From Candidatus Latescibacterota bacterium (GTDB lineage Bacteria > Latescibacterota > UBA2968 > UBA8231), in the NCBI GenBank assembly GCA_965200315.1, contig OZ241362.1, forward strand, positions 1,184,001-1,248,000: a DNA stretch of 64,000 nucleotides, in the 5' to 3' direction. Positions 50,234 to 59,545 of the stretch are shown in pieces. Both the position numbers and the translations under genes were made by a program. The notes below the pieces were generated by a model, which was given only the letters and a program-made list of their open reading frames with translations, ran no database searches and was not told where the DNA came from. Numbering within the stretch: the stretch's first letter is position 1; every line of letters starts with the position of its first letter.

Positions 50234-51106
50234 ATGGCTTACGCGATCCAAGAAATCCTAAATGACGAGGACAACACCCTGCGCCTCTACTTCGACGACA
50301 TCGCCGATTCTAGGCCGCTGAGCCGCCAGCGGGAAGTCGAGCTATCGGCCCAGATCCGAGGCGGCGACATGGCCGCTCGCGACGAGTTGGTTCAAGCTAA
50401 TCTGCGCTTCGTCATCGATGTGGCCAAAAACTACCAAAATCGCGGTCTCTCGCTAGAGGACCTAATCAGCGCGGGCAACGTGGGTTTGCTGACCGCTGCC
50501 GAGCGCTTCGACGGCGCCAAGGGATACAAGTTCATCTCGTACGCCGTGTGGTGGATCAAGCAGTCCATCTTGCAGACCATCGCCGAGCACGCCCGCACCG
50601 TGCGCCTGCCGCTGAACAAGCTCAGCCTGCTCAAGGACATTTCGCGGACCGCACGCAAGCTGGGCCAAGGCCGCGAGAGCGAGCCGGAGATCGAGGAAAT
50701 CGCCGCTGAGTTGGGCCTGCCCACCGAAGAGATTCTCGACACCATGCTCAGCGCCCGCTCGGTGCGTTCGCTCGACGAGTCTTTCGAGGACGACGACGAT
50801 CGCAGCTTGCTCAGTCTCCTCGCCGACAACAATCAGGCGACGCCCGACAGCGATGTCTTGCAAAGCTCAGCTCGCGCCCACCTAGAGGAAGCCCTCGGCG
50901 GCCTTGAAGACCGCGAGTTGCGCATCATTCGCCTCTACTTCGGTCTCGATGGCAGCCAAGCGCTGACCTTGGAGCAGATCGGCGGATTGATGGGCCTGAC
51001 CCGGGAGCGCGTGCGCCAGCTCAAGGAGCGCGCCCTGGGCAAGCTCCGCCACCCGACTCGCTACCAATCGCTCCTCGCGTTGGTAGATGAGACGGAGTTT
51101 TACTAG
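50234..51106 (+). CDS. Alternative sigma-70 factor (RpoD/RpoS-like, no region 1.1)
   Basis: ANLRFV..VAKNY, DLISAGNVGL, KFISYAVWWIKQ, TLEQIG..MGLTRERVRQ. Confidence 0.92.
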   Translation: MAYAIQEILNDEDNTLRLYFDDIADSRPLSRQREVELSAQIRGGDMAARDELVQANLRFVIDVAKNYQNRGLSLEDLISAGNVGLLTAAERFDGAKGYKFISYAVWWIKQSILQTIAEHARTVRLPLNKLSLLKDISRTARKLGQGRESEPEIEEIAAELGLPTEEILDTMLSARSVRSLDESFEDDDDRSLLSLLADNNQATPDSDVLQSSARAHLEEALGGLEDRELRIIRLYFGLDGSQALTLEQIGGLMGLTRERVRQLKERALGKLRHPTRYQSLLALVDETEFY

Positions 51107-51170
51107 GATTGCAACTGAGTCCGCTGCCCTAGGCGCAGGCAGCGGACCGCCAATTCGGTAGGATAGTTGC

Positions 51171-51345
51171 AGGCACCCCCGGCACACCGATCTGTTAGAA
51201 CAGCGGCGTCAGGCCGAAGCGGGGCGGGATTCCACTCTGAAGGTAAAAGCTCAGTCTGCTCAAGGACGCGTGGGACCAGCGGCGGGCCCACATAAGCGGG
51301 CAGAACCAAAAATTGTGGTTCCGGCAAGAAACACCGTGTATGCCT
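51171..51345. ncRNA. Candidate structured RNA (unassigned)
   Basis: End-to-end complementarity and several internal hairpins seen by eye in a non-coding gap; no family recognised. Confidence 0.25.
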
Positions 51346-51384
51346 CGCCGCCGAGCAATCCACCATAAACCCCATAGAAGAAAA

Positions 51385-51747
51385 ATGGACGCCATCCGCG
51401 AACGGGAGATACACGACTACCTCGTCCGGGCGGTCGTGCATGTTACGGTGTACCAGTACGGCTCACCGATCGGCCGTGTTAATGATAGGGAATCCTCCGA
51501 AAATGACGGCGGCTTCTTTAACCAGATGCGCACACGGCACGACCAATTGCAGCAGTTGCAACGGCAGTTGCGCGAGGAGCCGCAGCACTCGTGTCGGATC
51601 GAGCATGAGACGCGCACCCAGCGCGAGGAGGCACATATAGAGTACCTCCTAGACGAGGAGCGATTTTTGCGTCGCCCTCGGGCTCGGCCAGCCTCAAGAC
51701 GCCGCCCCGCCCGGCTATTCAGCCTTCGCCTTCCCGCAGCTTCTTGA
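51385..51747 (+). CDS. Hypothetical protein
   Basis: 120-aa ORF with protein-like composition; 3' end overlaps the convergent gene. Confidence 0.4.
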   Translation: MDAIREREIHDYLVRAVVHVTVYQYGSPIGRVNDRESSENDGGFFNQMRTRHDQLQQLQRQLREEPQHSCRIEHETRTQREEAHIEYLLDEERFLRRPRARPASRRRPARLFSLRLPAAS

Positions 51748-52492
51748 GTTCGTCGCGCAAGAGCGCGGCTTTTTCAAAGTCTTCGCTATCAACCGCTTCT
51801 TGTAGCCAGCGCTCTAACTGCTCTTTTTGGCTCAGCGGCTTCTTCTGCAAAATTTCCTGCTCTAACTCATCGAGCGCGGCTTCTGAACGCTCGCGCTCGA
51901 GGTAGAACTCCTCGGCCTCTACCTCGGGCCACGTGCCAATCCGCATGCGAGTCCGCTGCACGATAGCCAACGCATCGTCATAGTTCTGGTCGCCGATGGA
52001 GATCATGGCCCGGGCCACGCCATTGATGCGCAAGATATAAGGCCACCACCTCTCTAGATTGTCGCGATCCTCTTCGCGCTCGGCATAGCGGTTGACAAAG
52101 CGAAAAAGTGTCATATTGCGCTCGGTATCGCGCACGACCCGTCGGTAGTCGTTCAGTTGGATCAGAAAGGCGTAGCGCTTGTACAAGCGGGTCCCCTCGT
52201 CGAAAAGCTCGCGGCAAGCCGCTTCATCGAGCGCAAAACCCTCGTCGCTGGCTCTGTGCTCGCGACGGTATTTTTCCAATTCGCCCTGGTAGTAATCGAG
52301 GGCAAAGTCCCGCCCGTGAGGCCGGCGACCGTCGGGTCGGCCATCGAGATTTAGCTGCAAAATGCCCTGAAAGGCCCCTTGATCGACCCGGATCTGGATC
52401 TTCGCAACCCCGTCCTTTCCCGATATTTTCCGCACATTCGCCTCTGGGTCGAAGGACCATTCGTTTAATAGGTCGGTCATATCTCGACTCAT
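51719..52492 (-). CDS. UvrB/UvrC (UVR) motif-containing protein, paralog 2
   Basis: GRPDGRRPHG; C-terminal LQEAVDSEDFEKAALLRDEL; similar to 22025..22795. Confidence 0.78.
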   Translation of the reverse strand: MSRDMTDLLNEWSFDPEANVRKISGKDGVAKIQIRVDQGAFQGILQLNLDGRPDGRRPHGRDFALDYYQGELEKYRREHRASDEGFALDEAACRELFDEGTRLYKRYAFLIQLNDYRRVVRDTERNMTLFRFVNRYAEREEDRDNLERWWPYILRINGVARAMISIGDQNYDDALAIVQRTRMRIGTWPEVEAEEFYLERERSEAALDELEQEILQKKPLSQKEQLERWLQEAVDSEDFEKAALLRDELKKLREGEG

Positions 52493-52626
52493 GCCAACCT
52501 CGCACAACCGCTGTTTACTGATATTGCAGAGATTCTCATCGCAGAATTATAACCGAGTTGATGCGTTCCGGCAATGACCTTCCCCGCAGCCTCGGGGCAG
52601 CGGCCTCTCTGTCCCCTAGCCGGCGA

Positions 52627-52642
52627 TGGCATAGTTTATGCT
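52627..52642 (+). promoter_or_regulatory. Putative sigma54 promoter upstream of NifA-like gene
   Basis: TGGCATAGTTTATGCT, GG-N10-GC. Confidence 0.55.
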
Positions 52643-52760
52643 ACAATAATGTACGACGCATTCTCGACACTTGGCTTTAATGACGCCCTCTTATGGCGTG
52701 AGGCCCTGTATTTTTGGTCGATTTACCGTTTTTACCACGAATATGTGGTCCTTTGATATT

Positions 52761-52804
52761 TACAAAAATGTTATTTTCATCCATACTAATGACAAAAATG
52801 TCGT
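52761..52804. promoter_or_regulatory. Tandem ACA-N4-TGT boxes
   Basis: tacaaaaatgttat and gacaaaaatgtcgt; a similar pair recurs at 54377-54417. Confidence 0.55.
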
Positions 52805-52821
52805 AAAATAGGATAGTTCAC

Positions 52822-54366
52822 ATGTCCATCTCACCGACCACCAATGCACAACAACAAATTTCCATCCTACACGAAATCGGGCAAATACTAGGCTCGACGA
52901 CCAAGTTTGAGGAGGCACTCAACGTCATTCTCAAGCTCATGTGCGACCAACTCGATATGAGTTTGGGGACGGTCAGCCTCTTGAGCCAAGAAGCCTCCGA
53001 AGTCTCCATTGACGTAGCCTATGGACTCTCGCAATCGGAAATCAAGCGCGGCCGCTACGACGTCGGGGAAGGCATCACCGGCAAGGTCGTAGAATCAGGC
53101 AAACCCGTGATTGTGCCGCGCATTAGCAGCGAGCCGCTCTTCCTCAACCGCACTGGTGCTCGCGGTAGTGCGGCCAAGAACCAGACCTCGTTCATTTGCG
53201 TGCCCATCCTCCAGCAGCAGCAGGTAGTAGGAACCATTAGCGTTGATATTCCTTATAAAGACAACGAAAGCCTGCAAGATACCGTGCGCCTGCTGTCCAT
53301 CATATCCGTCATGATCGGTCAATCGGTCGCCGCCCGCCAACGCGCCCGCGTCGAACAAACCGAGCTTCTCGACGAAAATTTGCGCCTACAAAACGAGCTC
53401 CGCGAGCGCTTCCACCCGGCCAACCTCATCGGCAACTCCCGCCCCATGCAGGAGGTTTGCCAGCTCATCGGCCAAGTGGCGCCCCGCGACGCCACGGTCC
53501 TGTTGCGCGGCGCCAGCGGCACGGGGAAGGAACTGGCCGCAGATGCCATACATTACAACAGCTTACGTGCCGACAAACCCTTTGTCAAAGTACACGTCGC
53601 GGCCCTGCCAGAGACCTTGGTCGAATCCGAACTATTCGGCCACGAGCGCGGCGCTTACACCGGGGCCTCAACGAGCAAAGCCGGCCGATTTGAACGAGCA
53701 CGCGGCGGGACGATTTTCCTCGACGAAATCGGCGAACTCAGCTTAGGCGCACAGGTCAAACTACTCCGCGTACTGCAAAACCGCGAAGTCGAGCGCCTCG
53801 GGGGCCGCGGCCCTGTGCCGATTGATGTCCGCGTCGTCGCGGCAACCCACATAGATCTAGAAAAAGCCATCGCCGAGGGGACTTTCCGCGAGGATCTCTT
53901 CTACCGGCTCAACGTCTTTCCCATCTTCATTCCGCCCTTGCGCGAGCGCAAATCCGACATTACCCAACTCGCCGACCACTTTCTCGAAAAGTACTCTCGC
54001 CAGCTCGGCGTGGAGATGCACCGCATTTCTACACCTGCCATTGACATGATGACGAGCTACCACTGGCCGGGCAACGTGCGCGAGTTGGAAAACTGCATTG
54101 AACGGGCGATCATTCTCAGCAACGACGGCGTCATCCACGGCCACCACCTACCCCCCTCCCTGCAAACGGCCGACGCTACCGGAACGCCGGTTACCGGCTC
54201 CTTTAAGACGATGATGCAGGCTTATGAACGAGAAATCATCATCGAGGCCCTCAAGAACGCCCGCGGCAATATGGCCAAGGCCGCCCGCGCCCTCGGTACT
54301 ACGACCCGCATTTTCTCTTATAAGATTCAAAAACTAGACATCTGCCCGAAAAATTACAAAAAATGA
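52822..54366 (+). CDS. NifA-like GAF-AAA+-HTH sigma54 activator
   Basis: GAF (GEGITGKV, EPLFLNRTGAR, SFICVPI), GASGTGKE, ESELFGHERGAYTGA, WPGNVRELENCIER, HTH. Confidence 0.9.
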   Translation: MSISPTTNAQQQISILHEIGQILGSTTKFEEALNVILKLMCDQLDMSLGTVSLLSQEASEVSIDVAYGLSQSEIKRGRYDVGEGITGKVVESGKPVIVPRISSEPLFLNRTGARGSAAKNQTSFICVPILQQQQVVGTISVDIPYKDNESLQDTVRLLSIISVMIGQSVAARQRARVEQTELLDENLRLQNELRERFHPANLIGNSRPMQEVCQLIGQVAPRDATVLLRGASGTGKELAADAIHYNSLRADKPFVKVHVAALPETLVESELFGHERGAYTGASTSKAGRFERARGGTIFLDEIGELSLGAQVKLLRVLQNREVERLGGRGPVPIDVRVVAATHIDLEKAIAEGTFREDLFYRLNVFPIFIPPLRERKSDITQLADHFLEKYSRQLGVEMHRISTPAIDMMTSYHWPGNVRELENCIERAIILSNDGVIHGHHLPPSLQTADATGTPVTGSFKTMMQAYEREIIIEALKNARGNMAKAARALGTTTRIFSYKIQKLDICPKNYKK

Positions 54367-54376
54367 GCAATAAAAA

Positions 54377-54417
54377 TACAAAATTGTTATTTATTGATAC
54401 TGTTTCAATTTTGTCGT
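54377..54417. promoter_or_regulatory. Putative upstream activator sites for amtB operon
   Basis: tacaaaattgttat and ttcaattttgtcgt, ~95-135 bp upstream of sigma54 promoter. Confidence 0.55.
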
Positions 54418-54509
54418 TGTGATCGTCTCGTTTTTCTCTTTATTGTAATTTTTTTTAACTCCCTAATTTACAATAAGCTACAATTATGAAGTATCTGCGC
54501 CCAATTCAC

Positions 54510-54526
54510 TTGGCACGTTTCTTGCC
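54510..54526 (+). promoter_or_regulatory. Sigma54 -24/-12 promoter of amtB-glnK-OMP-glnA
   Basis: TTGGCACGTTTCTTGCC, near-consensus. Confidence 0.85.
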
Positions 54527-54603
54527 TTGTAACAATTCGACGTTCGCATCCAAGAGGCGTCGATTAGATGCCTCCTCATACCTTACAAGGGAAGGGATTG
54601 CCC

Positions 54604-55950
54604 ATGTCTGTTTTTCTCAACCGTCCTGCGCTCCTATGGATCTGTGCCGCGGTCCTTGGGGCGACTACTCAGGCTTCGGCGGGAGATTTCAAAACCGTAG
54701 AAGCTTTCCAAGCCATGCCCTTGGCCTATCCCAAATTCATGGTAGATAACCTGTGGATTCTCATCGCCGCAGCCTTGGTTTTCATCATGCACTTGGGTTT
54801 TGCCACGCTCGAATCCGGCCTGACCCGGCAGAAGAACACGGTCAATATACTCTTCAAGAACCTCTTTATCATCTCGGCCGGTATCCTCACCTACGCCTTG
54901 TGTGGCTTCAACATCATGTATCCAGGCGATGATTGGCTCATCGCCGATGTGTTGGCCCTCAAGGGCTGGATCGGCTTTGACGACGATGTGGCCAACTTGA
55001 CCAATCAGTACGCAGATTACACCTACTGGTCGGACTTTATCTTCCAAGCCATGTTCGCCGCCACCGCCGCCACCATCGTCTCCGGTGCCGTCGCCGAGCG
55101 CATTAAGCTGTCGGGTTTCATGCTTTACGCTGTGATCTTGGTGGCTTTTGGCTACACCATCGCCGGCTCTTGGAAGTGGGGTGCCGGCTGGCTCGACGAC
55201 ATGGGTTTCTACGACTTCGCCGGCTCGTCGGTAGTGCATGCCTTTGGCGGTTTCTCGGCCCTCGCCGCCGTCTTGGTGCTAGGGGCGCGCAAGGGCAAGT
55301 ACCACAACGGGGAGATCAGGCCCATCCTCGGGCACAGCATGCCCCTGTCAACTATCGGCGTCTTCCTGCTGTGGCTCGGCTGGTTTGGCTTCAACGGCGG
55401 CTCGGTGCTCAGCGCCGACCCGGCTGCTGTGTCGCTGGTCTTCGTCACCACGACCCTCGCCGCTGCGGCCGGTTGTATGGCTTCGATTCTCACCTCTTAT
55501 ATTTACCTTAAAAAGCCCGACATCACCATGGCGCTCAACGGTATCCTCGCCGGCCTAGTTGGCATCACAGCTAGTGCCGACGTGGTCACATGGGCTGGAG
55601 CCCTCTCGATTGGGCTAATCGCCGGAATCATCGTCGTCTTCTCGATTGTCTTTATCGACCGCATCAAGATCGACGATCCGGTCGGTGCCATCTCCGTCCA
55701 CGGCATCTGCGGTGTCTGGGGCACAGTCGCGGTCGGGCTGTTCAGCACCAACGCCGACCACAGCGTGGGCACCCAGATATTGGGCACGCTATCGTACGCC
55801 ATCTTCGCCTTTGTCTTCTCCTTTGCCCTCGCGAGTCTTGTCAAGGCGACACTCGGGCTCCGCGTCGATGAGGAGGAAGAAGACGAGGGTCTCGACCTAA
55901 GCGAGCACGGCCAGCCCGCGTACGCGGATTTCCAGCACATCAACAACTAA
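54604..55950 (+). CDS. amtB: Ammonium transporter
   Basis: FQAMFAATAATIVSGAVAER, DFAGSSVVH, WLGWFGFNGGS, DDPVGAISVHG. Confidence 0.95.
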   Translation: MSVFLNRPALLWICAAVLGATTQASAGDFKTVEAFQAMPLAYPKFMVDNLWILIAAALVFIMHLGFATLESGLTRQKNTVNILFKNLFIISAGILTYALCGFNIMYPGDDWLIADVLALKGWIGFDDDVANLTNQYADYTYWSDFIFQAMFAATAATIVSGAVAERIKLSGFMLYAVILVAFGYTIAGSWKWGAGWLDDMGFYDFAGSSVVHAFGGFSALAAVLVLGARKGKYHNGEIRPILGHSMPLSTIGVFLLWLGWFGFNGGSVLSADPAAVSLVFVTTTLAAAAGCMASILTSYIYLKKPDITMALNGILAGLVGITASADVVTWAGALSIGLIAGIIVVFSIVFIDRIKIDDPVGAISVHGICGVWGTVAVGLFSTNADHSVGTQILGTLSYAIFAFVFSFALASLVKATLGLRVDEEEEDEGLDLSEHGQPAYADFQHINN

Positions 55951-55969
55951 GTGAGGGAGGCAACCAACA

Positions 55970-56308
55970 ATGTATAAAATTGAAGCATTCCTCCGGCCAT
56001 CGGCCCTTGAGGCCGTGCAGAAGGCCCTAGGCGAACGGGGAATCGCCGGCATGTCCGTAACCGAAGTGCGAGGCTTTGGCCGCCAGCGCGGCCACCGCGA
56101 GGTCTATCGCGGTGCCGAGTACCGCATTGATTTCGTCCCCAAGATCAAAATCGAGGTCATCGTCAAAGACGCCGACCACGAGCAGGCGATCAACACCATC
56201 GTCGAGGCGGCCAAGTCCGGCAAAGTCGGCGACGGCAAGGTCTTCGCTTCGCCAATCCAAGAAGCCGTGCGCATCCGCACCGGCGAGACGGGCGAAAGCG
56301 CCCTTTAA
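55970..56308 (+). CDS. glnK: P-II nitrogen regulatory protein
   Basis: GFGRQRG..EVYRGAEY, GDGKVF, RIRTGE; adjacent to amtB. Confidence 0.92.
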   Translation: MYKIEAFLRPSALEAVQKALGERGIAGMSVTEVRGFGRQRGHREVYRGAEYRIDFVPKIKIEVIVKDADHEQAINTIVEAAKSGKVGDGKVFASPIQEAVRIRTGETGESAL

Positions 56309-56315
56309 CTTAGCA

Positions 56316-56356
56316 AGGGGCCGGTGTGGCCTTTGGCTGCACTGGCCCCTATTTCT
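56316..56356 (+). terminator. Stem-loop after glnK (partial terminator or mRNA stabiliser)
   Basis: aggggccggtgtggc-ctttg-gctgcactggcccct followed by atttctt. Confidence 0.45.
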
Positions 56357-56408
56357 TACCTTACCAGCAATTGACGCAGCACATCCCAACCCACCTAAGG
56401 AGCCATCG

Positions 56409-57056
56409 ATGAAACGCTTGCTTTTTACCGCACCCCTTCTCTTTGCGCTGACCTTATCCGCCGTTCCGGCCGATGCCGGGGTTGGATTTGGTGCCGACGT
56501 AGTCAACCGCTACGTGTGGCGCGGCACGGACTTCGGCAATGCCGTCAGCGTCCAGCCGGGCATGTCCATCAGCTTCGGCAACGTCGAAATCGGCGCTTGG
56601 TCCTCATGGGCGATCTCCGACGGCGGTGCCAACGAAAACGACCTCTACGTCAGCTTCTCGTCCGGCCCCATCGGCATCACCCTGACCGACTACTACTTTC
56701 CGGGCCTGACCGAAGACGACATGTTCTTCAGCTACAACGACGAAGACGGGGTACACATTCTCGAAATCAGCGCATCCCTCGCCCCCGACGGCGTACCTCT
56801 GAGCGCCATAGTTGCTTACAACGTATCCGGCGACGCCGACGATTCGTTCTGGGCGGAAGCGACCTACGACTTGGGCGAGATGGAAGAGACCGCCGTCAGC
56901 GTCACCGTCGGCCTCGGCAACGGGGTTTACACCACAGATACCGATCCGGCCTTGGTCAGCGTCGGCCTCAACATGGGCAAAGGCGACTACTTCGCTTCGT
57001 ATATCCTCAACCCAGACAAAGAATCCACCTTCCTCGTCTTTGGTAGGAGCTTCTAA
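56409..57056 (+). CDS. Putative outer-membrane beta-barrel protein (TIGR02001/Gcw_chp-like)
   Basis: Signal peptide; RYVWRG.D..., E.DLY, TDYYFP; terminal Phe (FGRSF). Confidence 0.65.
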   Translation: MKRLLFTAPLLFALTLSAVPADAGVGFGADVVNRYVWRGTDFGNAVSVQPGMSISFGNVEIGAWSSWAISDGGANENDLYVSFSSGPIGITLTDYYFPGLTEDDMFFSYNDEDGVHILEISASLAPDGVPLSAIVAYNVSGDADDSFWAEATYDLGEMEETAVSVTVGLGNGVYTTDTDPALVSVGLNMGKGDYFASYILNPDKESTFLVFGRSF

Positions 57057-57173
57057 AGCCTGGTCGGCATATCGCGCAACTAACGATGAACCGGACCAGA
57101 AGCAGGGGGCGCGTACTGCGGGGAACGCGCCCCTGACCCCATATCAACCACTACTTTGAGAAAGGACGCTCTC

Positions 57174-58631
57174 ATGGCGAAAGCCAAACCCAAAGCCAAA
57201 CCAAAGTCATCCGGCCCCAGCGCGGTGGAGTCGGCGCTGGCCTTAGCCGGCGACCAGTGCGCGCAGATGGTCGATTTCAAGTTCGTCGATCTGCCCGGCA
57301 CCTGGCAGCACTTCACCATGCCCATACGCCACTTAGACGCCGCCGTGTTCCAAGACGGCCTCGGCTTCGACGGCTCCTCCATTCGCGGCTGGCAGGCCAT
57401 CGACGAATCGGACATGCTCGTCCTGCCCGACCCCACCACCGCCTTGATGGACCCGTTCACCGCCGTGCCGACCCTGTCGTTGGTCTGCTCCATTGAAGAC
57501 CCCATCACCCGCCAGCCCTATGCGCGTGACCCCCGCGGCGTCGCCCAGCGCGCCCAAGCCTACCTGTTGCGCACCCAACTGGCCGACACGGCCTTTTTCG
57601 GACCGGAAGCGGAGTTTTTCGTCTTCGACAACATCCGCTTCGACCAGCAAGCCCATTTGGGGTTCTACGAGATCGACTCGGTGGAAGGCCGCTGGAACAG
57701 CGGCTCGGACGAAGGCCCCAACTTAGGCTACAAGCCCGACTACAAGGGCGGCTACTTCCCCGTGCCGCCGGCCGACTCCCAGCAAGACCTGCGCACCCAA
57801 ATGGTGCAGACGATGCTCGCCTGCGGCATCGACGTGGAGCTTCACCACCACGAGGTGGGCACCGCCGGCCAAGGCGAGATCGACATTCGCTTTTGTCCGC
57901 TGCTTATTTGCGGCGACCGGATGATGCTGTACAAATACATCGTCAAGAACGTGGCGCGGCAGCACGGCAAGACGGCCACGTTCATGCCCAAGCCGCTGTT
58001 TGAAGACAACGGCACGGGTATGCACACCCACCAGAGCCTGTGGCAGGGCGACCAACCGCTGTTTGCTGGCAGCGGCTATGCGGGGCTGAGCCCGATGGCG
58101 TTGCACTACATCGGCGGGCTGTTGCAGCACGCGCCGGCGCTGTTGGCGTTCACCAATCCGACGACGAACTCCTACAAGCGGCTGGTGCCGGGCTACGAAG
58201 CGCCGGTGAACTTGGCCTATTCGCAGCGCAACCGCAGTGCGTCGGTGCGCATTCCGATGTATTCGCCTTCGCCCAAGAGCAAGCGGGTGGAGTTCCGCTG
58301 TCCCGACCCGTCGTGCAACATCTACTTGGCGTTGTCGGCGATGCTGATGGCAGGGTTGGACGGGATTGAGCGTCAGTTGGATCCGGGCGAGCCGTTGGAC
58401 AAGAATCTGTATGATTTGTCGGCCGAGGAGCGAGCGGACGTGCCGCAGACGGCGGCCTCGTTGGAGGCGTCGTTGGAAAACTTGGAGCAGGATCGGGACT
58501 TTCTGTTGCAGGGCGATGTGTTCTCCGACGACCTCCTCGATGCCTGGATCGACTACAAGCGCACCGAGGAGGTCGACCCCATCCGATTGCGGCCACATCC
58601 CTACGAATTCGCACTATACTACGACGTGTAA
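57174..58631 (+). CDS. glnA: Glutamine synthetase type I
   Basis: [47 protein letters not shown] adenylylation site. Confidence 0.97.
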   Translation: MAKAKPKAKPKSSGPSAVESALALAGDQCAQMVDFKFVDLPGTWQHFTMPIRHLDAAVFQDGLGFDGSSIRGWQAIDESDMLVLPDPTTALMDPFTAVPTLSLVCSIEDPITRQPYARDPRGVAQRAQAYLLRTQLADTAFFGPEAEFFVFDNIRFDQQAHLGFYEIDSVEGRWNSGSDEGPNLGYKPDYKGGYFPVPPADSQQDLRTQMVQTMLACGIDVELHHHEVGTAGQGEIDIRFCPLLICGDRMMLYKYIVKNVARQHGKTATFMPKPLFEDNGTGMHTHQSLWQGDQPLFAGSGYAGLSPMALHYIGGLLQHAPALLAFTNPTTNSYKRLVPGYEAPVNLAYSQRNRSASVRIPMYSPSPKSKRVEFRCPDPSCNIYLALSAMLMAGLDGIERQLDPGEPLDKNLYDLSAEERADVPQTAASLEASLENLEQDRDFLLQGDVFSDDLLDAWIDYKRTEEVDPIRLRPHPYEFALYYDV

Positions 58632-58655
58632 ATAAAGGTTAGCTACAAACTTACA

Positions 58656-58697
58656 CAAAGGGGCGGTGCCAGTTTGGCATCGCCCCTTTGCACTTTT
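58656..58697 (+). terminator. Intrinsic terminator after glnA
   Basis: caaaggggcggtgcca-gtt-tggcatcgcccctttg then cactttt. Confidence 0.75.
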
Positions 58698-58750
58698 GGT
58701 ACGCCCGCGCGATTTTCGTATATTCAGCCCCTAAATAATAAGGAGAACGT

Positions 58751-59545
58751 ATGCACTTCTTGACGATTCTCATGCTCGCCATCCTCCCACTCGCCGCACA
58801 CGCCGAAATAGGTCTGGAGGCGCACTACACGGTTCAACGTGCCCTTGAACCGGTCGTCGTCGATGGCACATTGGACGAATTCTCGTGGGAGCGGGCGCAC
58901 CAAATCAACCGCTTTGAGCGCATCCTCAACGATTACGACGAGGTGCTCTTTGCCACGAGGGCGAAGATGCTGTGGGATAGCGATTACTTTTACTTTGCCT
59001 TCGTGTGTCAAGATGCGGACCTGTGGGCCATTTACGAAGAGGAAGACGATCCACTGTGGGGAGAGGAAGTCGTGGAGGTATTTATCGACCCCGACGGCGA
59101 CGGCAAACGCTACCTAGAGCTGGAGGTCAACCCGCTCAATGTGGTCGTTGATTTGCTGATCTACTCGGTGTCACCCGAGTGGCACTCGTCCAAAGACTGG
59201 GACATCGCCGGGCTCAAAACAGCGGTCCGAGCTTACGGCACCGCGAACGACTCGCTCGCGCTCGACTGGGGCTGGACCGCGGAAATCGCCATTCCCTGGG
59301 CCGCTTTAGCCGATAGCGTCACAGGCGGTGGGCTCCCGACAGCCGGCGATGTCTGGCGGCTCAATCTCTACCGCATCGAACGCAAGGGCGGACGCAATCT
59401 AAAAAGCCGTCTAAACGATCTCCCAGCCTCAGACCCACTCCATCAGCACTATCACGAGCAGACCGAATACACGGCTTGGAGCGAGACCTACCAGCGCGGC
59501 TTTCACCATCCCGCCCGCTTTGGGGCGGTACAATTTGCGGAATGA
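58751..59545 (+). CDS. CBM9-like (carbohydrate-binding family 9) secreted protein
   Basis: Signal peptide; VDGTLDE..W, KMLWD, VEVFIDPDGD, WTAEIAIPW, WRLNLYR, FHHP.RFG. Confidence 0.8.
   Translation: MHFLTILMLAILPLAAHAEIGLEAHYTVQRALEPVVVDGTLDEFSWERAHQINRFERILNDYDEVLFATRAKMLWDSDYFYFAFVCQDADLWAIYEEEDDPLWGEEVVEVFIDPDGDGKRYLELEVNPLNVVVDLLIYSVSPEWHSSKDWDIAGLKTAVRAYGTANDSLALDWGWTAEIAIPWAALADSVTGGGLPTAGDVWRLNLYRIERKGGRNLKSRLNDLPASDPLHQHYHEQTEYTAWSETYQRGFHHPARFGAVQFAE

Noticed and set aside
51200-51265. Glycine riboswitch or SRP RNA (ccgaag...ctctgaaggtaaaag; gtgtgccggg)
   Set aside because: Lacks the GGAGA core of glycine aptamers; the SRP-like fragments fall on opposite strands
52621-52660. Fluoride riboswitch (ggcgatgg start)
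   Set aside because: The rest of the consensus is absent; better explained as a sigma54 promoter
52822-54366. Evidence of nitrogen fixation (nifA)
   Set aside because: No nif genes in the window; downstream genes are for ammonium uptake and assimilation
57061-57173. Glutamine riboswitch upstream of glnA
   Set aside because: Only a single GC-rich hairpin; the three-way-junction consensus was not found
57174-57220. Lys/Pro-rich N-terminal extension of GlnA ([10 protein letters not shown])
   Set aside because: Short low-complexity tail with no evidence of function
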